Shown: piece by piece, positions 1 through 10,899 of the stretch
Position numbering within the stretch: the stretch's first letter is position 1
How the letters are laid out: each line of letters opens with the position of its first letter
From: Heterodontus francisci
Lineage: Eukaryota
NCBI RefSeq assembly: GCF_036365525.1
Contig: NC_090404.1
Span: 7,130,001-7,194,000, forward strand
Direction of reading: 5' to 3'
DNA length: 64,000 nt
The notes under the pieces: generated by a model
Told to the model about the DNA's origin: nothing
The model's database searches: none
The model's input: only the letters and a program-made list of their open reading frames with translations
Made by a program: the position numbers and the translations under genes

Positions 1-224
1 CATATGATTGGATTTCTAATTTGCTAGGACTAGAAGTCTTTCAACCTCTCGAATCATCAAATACGAAGATCAAGCAACATTCAGAAACTCCATGAAGCGA
101 AGGTGATTAATATTTTGCTGTTGAGGTTTAATCTGTATGTTGAACCCAACACGATATAAAAATGTAAATCAATTTCATTGCATATCAAACAATTCCAGTT
201 GGCATCATTAGGAGTTAAGAGAGC

Positions 225-544
225 AAAGCTCTCTGTGAACTATCCAATCAGACACTCCGAGAGTCGGTACAACATGGGTTAGATTCAGAGTAAAGCTCCC
301 TCAACACTGTCCTTTCAAACACTGCCAACGGAGGTATAGCACGGGTCAGGAAGAGAGTAAAGCTGCCTCTGCGCTGCCCCATCAAACACTCCCAAGATGA
401 GTACAACACGGGTTAGGTACAGAGTAAAGCTCCCTCTGCGCTGCCCCATCAAACACTCCCAGGGCAGGAACAGCACAGGTTAAATATGGAGTGAAGCTCC
501 CTCTGCGCTGCCCCAACAAACACTCCCAGGGCAGGTACAGCATT
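225..544. repeat. ~60-bp minisatellite (unit ...aaacactcccagggcaggtacagcacgggttagatacagagtaaagctccctct...)
   Basis: About 5 degenerate tandem units. The same unit recurs at ~15630-15885 (reverse) and ~29350-29760. Confidence 0.85.
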
Positions 545-2372
545 GGGATTGGCTGGTCAATTTGGAGCACTTCCTGCCAGCAATCAGGGGGAGCAGCTGC
601 ACCTGTGTTGCAGCAATTGCAGAGTGGAGAGTGGAGACTGCAACAACTGGGGAGAGGAGAGTGGAATAACTGCAAAGAGGTGACTATAGAGTGGAGACAG
701 CTGCATTTCCTGAGGAACTGTTGCACTTTTTCAAAGATTAAGAAGACCTGCAAATCATTTTGGAGAGGTGGTTGTTGGAGCACCAGAGAACTGTTGGTTG
801 TTTGGACTGCTGGGGGAGGGAGGAGGCACCGGAAGATCCAGAGGTGGGGCTGCCAAATTCTGTAGGGAGCCCTTGTATTTGGTCTTGTGTTTATCTGCCA
901 TCCTGCACAGAAGGGGCTCCCTCCCCACCCCCAACTGTGTGGCTCGGGACGGCTGGAGCTGCCCGGCTGAAGACTAGCTTAATACAACAACAGAAAAGGG
1001 AGAGAACCGGGCGGCTCTAGCCGACCCGGGCGAAGAGCCCTCCCCTAACTGGAAGATTGAACTGTAGACTCTGCAGGAAGTTGCTGCAACCACCAAGTGA
1101 ACTGTAACATCCTCGCAAGTGTTCTCTCTCTTCTATCACTCGGCCACCTATCCTCTCCTCTCCTTGTCCTTTTCAACCCTATCCTCCTCTACTCCCATCC
1201 TCACCTCCCCCATCATATTGTTTGTGTTTAAGAAAACTGTCGTGTGCTTTGTTTCTTGGGGGTGGGCGTAGCTCTGCGACCCCATGGTAAGCCCCTCTTC
1301 GCCGGTGGCGGGGCCTTCCCGTTCATATGCTGCTGCGGCTGCTGCAGCTGCAGCTGTTGCCCCGTCACCGTTTGCTTTATTAACATCGAAGAATGGGGTC
1401 AAGAGCTACGTCCACCCGAACATGACTATCGAGACATGCGTGAAAGCAATGGCCGAGGTTGTCGGCCCGTCGGCCATTGTTGCAGCCTCTAAAATGTATG
1501 GGAAGGCAGTGTTGTGGAGGGCCAGGTGCACTTCCACTCCCTCCTCACAGTGAGGTGTTTGTGACGGATTTTAAGTACCTTTGACATGAAGATAACCATA
1601 GCCAGCCTCAACATCAACGGCAGCAGAGGGGCTCACCGCAGATTTCACAATCTCTCAGTCCTTAGGGAAGGGAGATACACGGTGAGCTTTCTGCAGGAAA
1701 CCCACACCGTTCCAGGAGACAAAGCCACCTGGCTCCTGGAGTGGCAGGGTGGGGTCTACATGAGTCACCTCACCCCTATTTCTGGTGGCGTGGCTATCTT
1801 GTTGGCCCCGACTTTTCAGCCGGAGATCTTGGGGATCAAGGAGCTAGTGCCGGGCCACTTGTTCCACGTCGCCATTCACCTGGGTCGCGTGCCGCTCCAC
1901 TTTGTGAACGTGTACGCGCCCAGGCCCGGCGCGTTGCAAGCGCGCTTCTTTGAAGAAGTGGCCGCTCTCTTGAGCTCCATCGATCGCGGCGAGTGCATCA
2001 TCCTCGGGGGGGATTTTAACTGCACCCTCGAGGTGGGGGATCGCTCCGGTCCCCAGCGCGGCCAAGCGTCGGTGGAGAAGTTGAGGGGACTGATCAGCTC
2101 TCTTAACTTGGTGGATGTGTGGCGGAATGTCCATCCCGACTCCAGCGCCTTCACGTGGAGGTCTGGAGGAGTGGGGTCGCGAATTGATCGCCTCTACATT
2201 TCGCAGGCGTACGTCTCCTGCATCTCGGCGGCCTCCATGCGGCTGGTGCCTTGCTCGGACCACCGCCTGGTGTGGGCGGAGTTCAGTCCGCTCCGCACGC
2301 GGGTGGGGTCCGCGTACTGGCACTTTAACAACCGGCTGCTGGAGGACGTGCGATTTCGGGACTCGTTCTGTC
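545..2372 (+). mobile_element. 5' portion of a Tx1/L1-type non-LTR retrotransposon (5'UTR, internally deleted ORF1, ORF2 endonuclease; 3'-truncated)
   Basis: ORF1 remnant 1284-1553 (..GVKSYVHPNMTIETCVKAMAEVVGPSAIVAASKMYGKAV..). ORF2 from ATG 1586 has APE motifs SLNING, LQETH, NVYAP, GGDFN, SRIDR, SDH, WHFNNRLL. Similarity is lost near 2372; no RT domain. Confidence 0.85.
1586..2372 (+). pseudogene. Tx1-type ORF2 AP-like endonuclease domain (truncated)
   Basis: Open frame with all EEP/APE motifs; the annotated ORF runs on to 2623 in unrelated sequence. Confidence 0.85.
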
Positions 2373-3079
2373 GAAAAATACAGAGACATTTATCAACCCG
2401 ACTGCAGGTCAGTGACTCTGCTTTCCCCCAATATAGCAGAGGTTTGTTATTCAAACGGCGCTTTGGTCAGTCCAATGCCTCGCACCTACCAAGTAACAGC
2501 TTTCTGTGTCACAGACCCCGCCAGTTATGGAAGAGTCCAAGAATAGTTGTCTGTGTCCAGGGTGAAGGTATTGGTGGTGGTGATGGGGCGTGCTGCTGCG
2601 TCTGTCACGTGGCAGTCTCCTGAATGTTCCTTCCCAGGTCTCTGTGAGGCCACTGCCTTTGAGAACTGAGTCTAAGGGCTTCCCTCTGGGGATCATCTTT
2701 TGACCATTACTTCCAGGCAGGTACTGAGCTGATCCAGCAAGGGAACCCGCACTCACCTGCACAGGGACTTTGAGCAGATCTTCCTTTCATCCAATCACTT
2801 GTATTATTCTAATTCACAAGAACAATTGTTTTATTTCAATTTGTTCTTTCTTTTTTTCTGTTACCTATCTGTTCTTTCAACTTCTCTTTCAAATGATTTT
2901 CTCCATCAGCTTTTTATGGCAATGGGGGTATCTGGGGATTGTGAAGGAAATTGGGGAGATGGGGAGAAAGGGATAAATGGAAAAACGGAATGATGGGGAT
3001 AAACATTAGTTAAAAACTTCGGACAAGGAGCAGAAAAAAAAAGATGGTTAAAGTTATGAAAAAAATCAATGAAAGGAAG

Positions 3080-3770
3080 ATCTGAGCAATTTACCAGTGG
3101 AAGTGAGTGAGGCTTCCACGGGAGATCAGTTCTATATTTGTATGTCCTCAATGTTTAAAATCTGAACAACGTACCTGTGCAGGCGAGTAAGGTCATCTCT
3201 GTGCATTAACCCAGTTCTGTCTGTATTCAATGGTTAAAATCTTAACAATGTAACTGTGCAGATGAGTGAGGCTCCCCACAGCAGATCAGCTCAGTGTCTC
3301 TCAATTTTCAATGGTTAACACTACAGGTAATGTACCTGTGGAAGTGGAAGAGGCACCCTCTGTGCATTGTCACAGTGCATGTCTGCTCTCAATTTTTAAA
3401 GTTTTTCATCAATGTCCCTGTGCAGATGGATGAAGCTCCCCTCGGTGGATCATCTCAGACCCTCTCTATACACCACAGTTAACTATCTGAGCAATGCACT
3501 TTGTAGATGCGTGAAGCGCCTTACGATGGATCAGTTCAACGCCTGCCTGGTCTGAATTGTTCGAGATTTACGCCAATGCATCAGCACCATACCAGTCTGG
3601 TTCAATGATTGAAGACATGAGCAATTTCCTGTGCAGATGGATGAGGCGCATCAGTTCAGTGCCTGTCTGCTTTCAGTGGTTAATTATTTGATCAGTAGTG
3701 CTGTGAATGCCTCCACCATAGATCTGCCCTGTGCCTGTCTGCATACCTTGACAGAGCTGCCAAATGAGGA
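3080..3770. repeat. Degenerate ~75-80-bp tandem repeat
   Basis: Recurring motif ..aatgtacctgtgcagatgagtgaggctcc..gatcagttc..caatggttaa.. Confidence 0.65.
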
Positions 3771-3854
3771 ACATCGATAAAGGAGAGACTGATCACAGTG
3801 ATGATGAGAGACACCAACAGAGGGCGAAAGATAAAGGTGAGACGGAGTACAGTA

Positions 3855-5113
3855 ATACAACTTGCACTGATGTATCAGCTCATTACCCTCTGCGGGAGTT
3901 ACCAACGTATTTGAAGTGTAACTAATTACAGATGAACGTGGCGATTTGTGCACATAAACATCGACAATAAAGCATAGTTTTCAATTCCCGTTAATGTAAT
4001 TTTTTTGATCTCGATTAAAGGGAGGAATGTTGACCAGGACACAGCATGGAACCATGGGAGCTTTAATGCCCACCTCAACAGAAAACGGGTGGTCGAAAGA
4101 TTATTGTTTCACATTGTCCCTGGAAAGTTTGTGCCCTTTCAGCACTGCACCAACTGGAAACCTAGTTAGTATGCTCAGGTTCTGAATTTGAGGTGGAATC
4201 CACAATCTACTGATTCTGAAATCAGAATCAAATCACTTTATCCAAGCTGCTAGAAAAATGCTTAATGTATTCAGGTGCCATTTTATATCTATAATTTTAC
4301 ATTAACATTATATGACGTCATTGCTGTTAAACTTCCAAATACTAATGTCACAAATCGCATCATCAGGAGCACAATTACAAAACTGATGCAATTGAAATTC
4401 ACTGAATCATGGAATCTGACAGCACCTAAGGAGGCTATTGAGCCCACGGTGTCGATTCTTTGAAAGAGCTGTCCAATAAGTTCCACTCTCCTGATCTTTC
4501 CACGAAGCCCAGAACATTTCCCTTTGTCAAGTAATTATCCTATCCCCATTTCGTAATTACTATTGAATCTGAATCAGGGAATTCATTCCAGCTCATAACA
4601 ACTCGATGCATAAAAAAAATTGCCTCATCCCCTCCCCTACCTTATTTACCATTCATATTAAATCTGTGTCCTCTGGTTACCGACGTTGCTGTCAGTGGAA
4701 ACACCATCTCATTAGCAACACTATCAAAATGTGCATAATTTTGAACACTGCTATTAAGTCTCAGTACAACCTTTCCTGCTCTAAGGAGAACAAACGCAGT
4801 TTCTTGAATCTTTCTATATAACTGAAGTCTCTCATCACTGATCCAATTCCACTAAATCTCCTCTGCAACCTCTCCAAGGCTTTAACATCCTCCCTGAAGT
4901 ATGGATGGAAATAAACTCAACCATTATTTTTGCTTCAGATTATATCTAAGGATTCATGGTCTCTTAAAATTTTTCTGTGCAGTGATCTGAGTATAATTAA
5001 TATTGATTAAAAGTAATATTCCTGGTTCTGACCGAACAGTCAGCGACCGATGTGCTTAACAACATCGGCCTCAGCAGGATCACTGACGCTACCTGCTGGT
5101 GGGACGTTTCATT
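3855..5113 (+). repeat. Old duplicated block (decayed SINE plus CR1 fragment), paralogous to ~58160-61856 and partly to ~45020-45520 (reverse)
   Basis: Collinear shared motifs, e.g. tgaccaggacacag..catgggagctttaa..cccacctcaacagaaaa and ttgctgttaaacttcc..acaattacaaaactg. Confidence 0.8.
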
Positions 5114-5677
5114 ATATTAACAGTGTTATATAAATCTCAGTTGTGGTTGTGGACATGAGGAACAACATTTTTATGCCATGCGCTGTTATGATCTGGAATG
5201 CACCACCTGATAGACCAGTAGAAGCGGATGTAATAGCAATATTCAGAAGCAAAAGGGAATTTGGTTCAATAATTGATGTGCAAAAATTATGTATAAAGCG
5301 AACAGTTTGTGTGTGCTCTTTAAAGTTGTTCCCATCAAGCAGATGAGAGTAAGAGATCTGAGTGGACATTAGGACTTTGCAGTAGCCCATCCGGCGGTGC
5401 TGTGAGGCCAATTAAACCATCGTCCTTGTAACTTATTGTCTGATATTCACCATCTCTCCCTACCACGCTGATGAATGAGTTGCTGAAAACGTTTTAATTC
5501 TTTCCTGGGATGTGTGCGTCGCTGGCAAGACCAGCATTTTTTGTCCATCCCTAGTGCAATGAAAACCTTAAACCACTGAAGGATTTGGTAGTTTTGCAAA
5601 GCCACCGTTTGAACGAAAAATGCCTTAAATATGAAAATGTGGAATGGAGGGTACACCCATGGAGGTAGGACTGTAAC

Positions 5678-5831
5678 AAAAACAAGAAATGCTGGAATCA
5701 CTCAGCAGGTCTGGCAGCATCTGTGGAAAGAGAAGCGGGTTAACAGATGCTGCCAGACCTGCTGAGTGATTCCAGCATTTCTTGTTTATGTTTCAGATTT
5801 CCAGCATCCGCAGTATTTTGCTTTTATTTTA
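5678..5831. mobile_element. Penelope-like element pseudo-LTR fragment forming an inverted-repeat hairpin
   Basis: ~50-bp inverted arms (5675-5724 / 5743-5792); 16-bp direct repeat gaggtaggactgtaac at 5662-5677 and 5832-5847. Confidence 0.8.
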
Positions 5832-6084
5832 GAGGTAGGACTGTAACCTGGGTTAGGAATTTACCACTGCATTAGTAATCCAGATGCTCAGGGTAATGGC
5901 CGAGAGACTTGAGTTCAAATCCCACCAAGGCAGCGGTTGGAATTTAAATTCAATTAATTAATACAAAATGAATTGAAAATCTGGAATTGAAAGCTAGTCT
6001 CAGTAATGGCGCCGTAAAAACTCTCATTGATTGTCGTAAAAACACATCTGGTTCACTAATGTCCTCCAGGGAAGGAAACCTACC

Positions 6085-7172
6085 AAGGGTTCCCCTTGTC
6101 CTCACTTTCCACCCCACCAGCCTCCATATCCAAAGGATCATCCTCCGCCATTTCTGTCACGTCCAGCGTGATGCCACGACCAAACACATCTTCCCCTCCC
6201 TTTTCCTGTCAGGTTTCCAAAGGGATCATTCACTCTGCGGCACCCTCATCCACTCCTTCATTACCCCCCATCACCTCATCCCCTTCCCACAGCACCGTAC
6301 CCCTGCAATCACAGGAAGTGCAATACCTGCGCTTTGACCTCCTCTCTCCTCACTATCCAAGGCCGCAAGCACTTCTTTCAGGTGAAGCAGCTGTTTATTT
6401 GCACTTCTTTCAAATTAGTATACTTTATTCGCTGCTAACAAGGCGGTCTCCTCTACACTGGGGAGACCAAATGCAGATTGGTTGACCACTTTGTGGAACG
6501 CCTCCGCTCAGTCCGTAAGCATGACCCCGAGCTTCCGCTTGCTTGCCATTTCAACACCCCACCCTCGCCCATCGCTCTCAAGCTCACATCTCTCTCCTGG
6601 GATTACTGCAGCGTTCCAGTGAACATCAACGCGAGCTCGAGGAACAGCATCTCATTTACCGATTAGGCACACTACAGCCTGCCGGACTGAACACTGAGTT
6701 CAATAATTTCAGAACATGACAGGCCCCTTTTTATTTTTAGTTATTTTTTCTTTTTTATTTGTTTATTTTATTTTAATTTGTTTCGTTTGTTTCTACTGTG
6801 TCTACCCTTTTTGTTTAATGTTTGTGCTTGGGCTGTTCATTTTCCAGTCAATTGACACCTTCTCTGTACCAACGCTTTGGCTTTCAGAACAGCATTAACA
6901 TACCGTTTGCCTTTGATCCATGACCTTCTGGTCAGTTATTCTCTTTGACCTTGTCCTATCAACAACTTCTATTTTGTTATCTCTTGCCTCACCCCCGCTT
7001 TACTTGCCTATAACCTTTTACATTTCTAGTATTTGTCAGGTCTGATGAAGGGTCACTGACCTGAAACGTTAACTCTGCTTCTCTCTCCACAGATGCTGCC
7101 AGTCTTGCTGAGTATTTCCAGCATTTTTTGCTTTTATTTCAGATTTCAGCATCCGCAGTATTTTGGTTTTAT
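6085..7172 (+). mobile_element. 5'-truncated Penelope-like retroelement (GIY-YIG end plus pseudo-LTR)
   Basis: PLVLTFHPTSLHIQRIILRHF, VYFIRC..LYTGET, LRSVRKHDPELPLACHFN; homologous to 58568-59700 (reverse). Confidence 0.88.
7037..7076 (+). ncRNA. Minimal type I hammerhead ribozyme motif in Penelope pseudo-LTR
   Basis: CTGATGA (7042-7048), stem II ggtc-act-gacc, GAAAC-GTT (7063-7070) with palindromic ACGT helix III. Confidence 0.65.
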
Positions 7173-8034
7173 GAACTTGCCATTCTTACCTGGTCTGGCC
7201 GACATGTGACTCCAGACCCACAGCAATGTGGTTGACTCTTAGCTGCCCTCTGAACTCAATTTGTGGGCAATCTGGGATGTTCAGCAAATGCTGGCCTGCC
7301 TGCGACACAACATCCCATAAAAGAAGAAAAAAAAATCTTTTCTCTATGTCACTAACCACCAGAATCCCAATCCTGATTAATTTCAGCACAGTGGGATGGT
7401 GCCTCCTGTTAGTTACACTCGGACATTATTCTCACAGGTTCAGTCGATATTTGGGAAACAGACTCATATTCCCCATCGGGAAATTAGCAACACTGTCAGA
7501 TGATGGCGGTAAGATATTATCTCAAAGTGATAAAGGCAGGGTTTGAATGTAGATGAATGTGACTGAGGTGGTTGACGGGGGCCTGGTTTGATGAACCTTC
7601 CGTTGGGGACACACAAGGAGAAGATTTCTTCTGGTTTCGCTGTGGAAATCTCCTGTGAAAACTGGTTGAACGAAAACGCAAGCTCATTCTTTTCAAATGT
7701 GATCACTGTTTTGCTAGAGATAGCGACCAGGGGAAATCTATCCGACAGAGGGGGTAGTTCAGTGTAAACAGGGTATGCGGATGATAATGAAGTTGATGCT
7801 CTCGATGAACATAAACAAACACTCAGTGTGATTGATGTCGGCCTGTAAAGTATACCCAAACCTCAGGAAAGACGATGCTTTCCTCACATCATGGACTGCA
7901 CGCACTGACTCACTGACTCCACCATCAGATACTTCATTCAGTGGCTCAAAGGTGCTTTGACCCTCATTTAAGTCTCGTTTCAATATATGGCGGGTGGATT
8001 GGACACTGCTTCAAGCCAGAGGAACAATGGGACC

Positions 8035-8101
8035 AGGAAGTGACGTTGAACCAATAGGAGCCTCTGACGGAATTGTTCCGGTGCAGGATTGGCCTTTTAA
8101 A
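8035..8101 (+). promoter_or_regulatory. TCR V-type promoter: Ets GGAAG overlapping CRE-like AGTGACGTTG, CCAAT, TA-rich box
   Basis: aggaagtgacgttgaaccaat at 8035-8055 and ttttaaa at 8095-8101, upstream of leader ATG 8127/8133. Confidence 0.55.
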
Positions 8102-8126
8102 GAGACCGACAGGTTCGGTCTCGGCA

Positions 8127-8563
8127 ATGGCCATGCGGATATTCAGCGCCTGGGTTGTGTGTGCGGTGTTTATACTTGGTAAGGATGACTTCAATCATGT
8201 TGTCTCCAAATTACTGTGTTAATATTATTTCAGTAACGCCTTTTAATTCTCGATCTTGTCTTCGTCCTGAACGCATGTTACAGATCAAAATGATGGCGAT
8301 ACTGTTACTCAGTCCCAGTCTTCAGAAAGCGGGAGAGAAGGTGAAGCAGTGACTATAAGATGTACCTATAGCACAGGTATTAGTTATATTGGTACCGGCA
8401 ACAAGCAGAAAAAGACTCTCAGTTTGTTGTGTGGAGATGGTCTGGGGATACACGACAATTGAAAGGAGAAGATGTTGGAATTCGTTTCTCTGCTGAGCTC
8501 CAGACCGCGACTAAATTCACCAGTTTAACTATCTCGGGTCTGCAGCTGACTGACTCTGCCGTT
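8127..8563 (+). pseudogene. T-cell receptor alpha/delta-type V pseudogene 1 (leader 8127-8178, V exon 8284-8563)
   Basis: Leader MAMRIFSAWVVCAVFIL-G|gtaagg and acceptor ttacag. V reads DTVTQSQSSESGREGEAVTIRCTYSTGISY, frameshift, then YWYRQQAEKDSQFVVWRWSGDTRQLKGEDVGIRFSAELQTATKFTSLTISGLQLTDSAV. YYC and RSS are missing. Confidence 0.88.
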
Positions 8564-8954
8564 CTCCTTCCTTCACCATCAGTGGATTAAAGTCATATTG
8601 CCTTTATTGCCAGTCTCCAATTACCCTGAGATGAAGACTCCAGCCCCAAACGGATGATGTAGACTTTTAATAGCTTTGTGTCATGGACCCGCAAGACGGG
8701 CAATTGTAAAAGTGCAAGTAAAAATGGAAAATAGATGCCATTCTTAACACCACCAACCAGGTCCGGGGACTGAATACAAAAAATCACATGAGCCAATTCA
8801 ACACCTGACTAACATCATCTCACACTGATCATTGCACCCGTTCTCCTTCCTTCACCATCAGTGGATTAAAGTCAAACAACATTCTCCATGAAATCAGTGT
8901 GATACTTCACGAATATTGTACCGGGTGCTCTGCGTTTCAGATCTTCACATTCAA

Positions 8955-10095
8955 GAACACAAGAAATAGGAGCAGGAGTAGACCATGTGGCCCATCGAGC
9001 CTGCTCCGACATTCAATACAATCATGGTTGATCTTAGACTTCAACTCCACTTTCCTGTCCCTTGATTCCCTGAGAGACCAAAAAACTGCCTATCCCAGTC
9101 TAAAAATTATTCAACGATGGAGCATCCACAACCCTCTGGGGGAGAGAATTCCAAAGAATAACAACCCTTTGAATGAAGTAATTTCTCCTCATCTCAGTCC
9201 TAAATGATCGTTGCCTTCTCCTTAGACTGTGTCCCCGTGTTTTAGATTCCTCGATCCACGAATACAATCTCACAGTTCCTATCCTATTCAGCCCCGTCAG
9301 AATCTTGAATGTTTCAATGAGATCGCCTTTCATTCTTCTAAACTGCAGAGAACATAGGCCCAATGTACTCATTGTACTCTCATCATTAGAAAATCCCCTC
9401 AACCTAGGGACCAGTTTAGTGACCCTTCGCTGTACCGCCTCCAGTGCAAGTATATTCTTTCTTCCATGTGGAGACCAAAACTGCAGCCAGTATTCCAGGT
9501 GCGGTCTGACCAAACCATGTACAATTTTAGTAAGACTTCTTTATTCCTGTACTCCAATCCCCTTTCAATGAAGGCCAACATGCCATTTGCCTTCCTAATT
9601 GCTTGCTGTACCTGCATGTTAACTGTCTGTGTTCTTTGCACAAGTACACCCAAGTCTCTTTGAACATCAACACTTACAAGTTTCACACCTTGAAAAAAAT
9701 ATTCTGCTTTTCTATTCTCACCGCCAAAGCGAATAACTTCACACTTCCCTACATTATATTGCATCTGCAATCTTGTTGCCCGCTCACTTAACCCGTCTAT
9801 ATCTCTTTGCAGCCTCCCTGTATCCTCCCGACAGCGTACCTTTCCATCCATCTTTCTAGCCACAGCAAACTTAGATACATTATCCTCTGTTCCTTCATTT
9901 ATGTCATTGATAGATTGTAAATAGCTGAGGCCACAGAGCTTATCCTTGTGGCACTCCACTATTCACTGCCTGCCAACTTGAAAATGCCTTATTCATGGCC
10001 ACTCTTTGCTTCCTGTACATAAACCAATCCTCTATCCAGGCTAATATATTAACCGAAACGCAATAAGCCCTTGTCTTGCCTATTAACCTTTTGTT
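8955..10095 (-). mobile_element. CR1-like LINE 3' fragment
   Basis: INDINEG..SKFA, VRPHLEYWLQFWSP, GDLIETFKIL, KTRGHSL; typical 3' tail. Confidence 0.88.
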
Positions 10096-10141
10096 TGAAT
10101 ATTGAACTGCGGGGTCCCAGTGTGGGGATACTGCGGCCGTT

Positions 10142-10428
10142 ATGGAGTTTGGGCTTTTCGCTTTCTGGGCTCCTCTGGTATTGTTGTTTGATTATTATAT
10201 TTGTGTTTATTACTGCGACTTTCTGCACATTCCACTATTGATAGAACTGACGTACATTCATCTACCTCTAGTTCTATTAGCCTCTCTGTCTATCTATCTG
10301 CCTGTATTATTATATTTCCAACTATCCCACTCTTCCCCTGTTAGTCAATCAATTCATCTTCGGCTGCTTCCTTTGTCTCCGGACCAAGGTTTCCTTAAAA
10401 TGAGAAGCATATTATCTCTTCTACCTAC

Positions 10429-10485
<57 letters not shown>

Positions 10486-10872
10486 GATCTCTCTGTCTAT
10501 TATCTATTCGACGTTCTGCATCCACGGTTAACCAGGAATATTTTTTGCGGGTGTGAGTTATGGTGACTCTGTCAGACAGTGGCCAACAGAAGCCCAATAT
10601 TTGGAAGGAGTTTCGATGAGCATTAATTGTATCTATTCAAACTCCAATGTGAGCTATTCTGTGCAGCTTTATCGTCGGAGCCAGAACATGGCTTCCACTT
10701 TCGGAATTCAGGCATATTCCTATGGAATGTACGAAGTTAACGGTCATTCTGGAAACGTTCGCAATTCGAGCTTTTCTCATCGTGACTGGGCTGCAGCTCG
10801 TTGACAGCGCCCTGTGCTACTGTGTCTTGAACCTACACAGAAAAAGACCTCGGGATACTTCGTACAAATACC
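10142..10872 (+). pseudogene. T-cell receptor alpha/delta-type V pseudogene 2 with degenerate RSS
   Basis: Putative leader MEFGLFAFWAPLVLLF (10142-10190) and mutated acceptor ttttttgcgg. Exon 10551-10835 reads (G)VSYG-DSVRQWPTEAQYLEGVSMSINCIYSNSNVSYSVQLYRR.., frameshift, then FLIVTGLQLVDSALCYCVLNL. Heptamer CACAGAA 10836-10842, 21-bp spacer, nonamer ACAAATACC 10864-10872. Confidence 0.8.
10421..10485. repeat. (TATC)n microsatellite in the leader-V intron
   Basis: Direct read. Confidence 0.95.
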
Positions 10873-10899
10873 GTGTTCTGTAAGGTCTTTGGTAGGCGG

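Larger units (their letters stand above)
5850..7325 (+). mobile_element. tRNA-like SINE split by a Penelope insertion (SINE halves ~5850-6080 and ~7173-7325)
   Basis: B-box-like gagttcaaatccc. The body resumes after the insertion (cttacctggtctggcc..). The tail (gggcaa..gggatg..catcccat..aaa) resembles the 3' end of the LINE at 10900-13235. Confidence 0.7.

Noticed and set aside
2373-2430. TRLQVSDSA motif after the Tx1 breakpoint, resembling V framework 3
   Set aside because: Too short; no YxC, RSS or upstream V sequence.
10142-10160. MEFGL start identical to human VH3 leaders
   Set aside because: Five-residue coincidence; the downstream exon is TCR-like.
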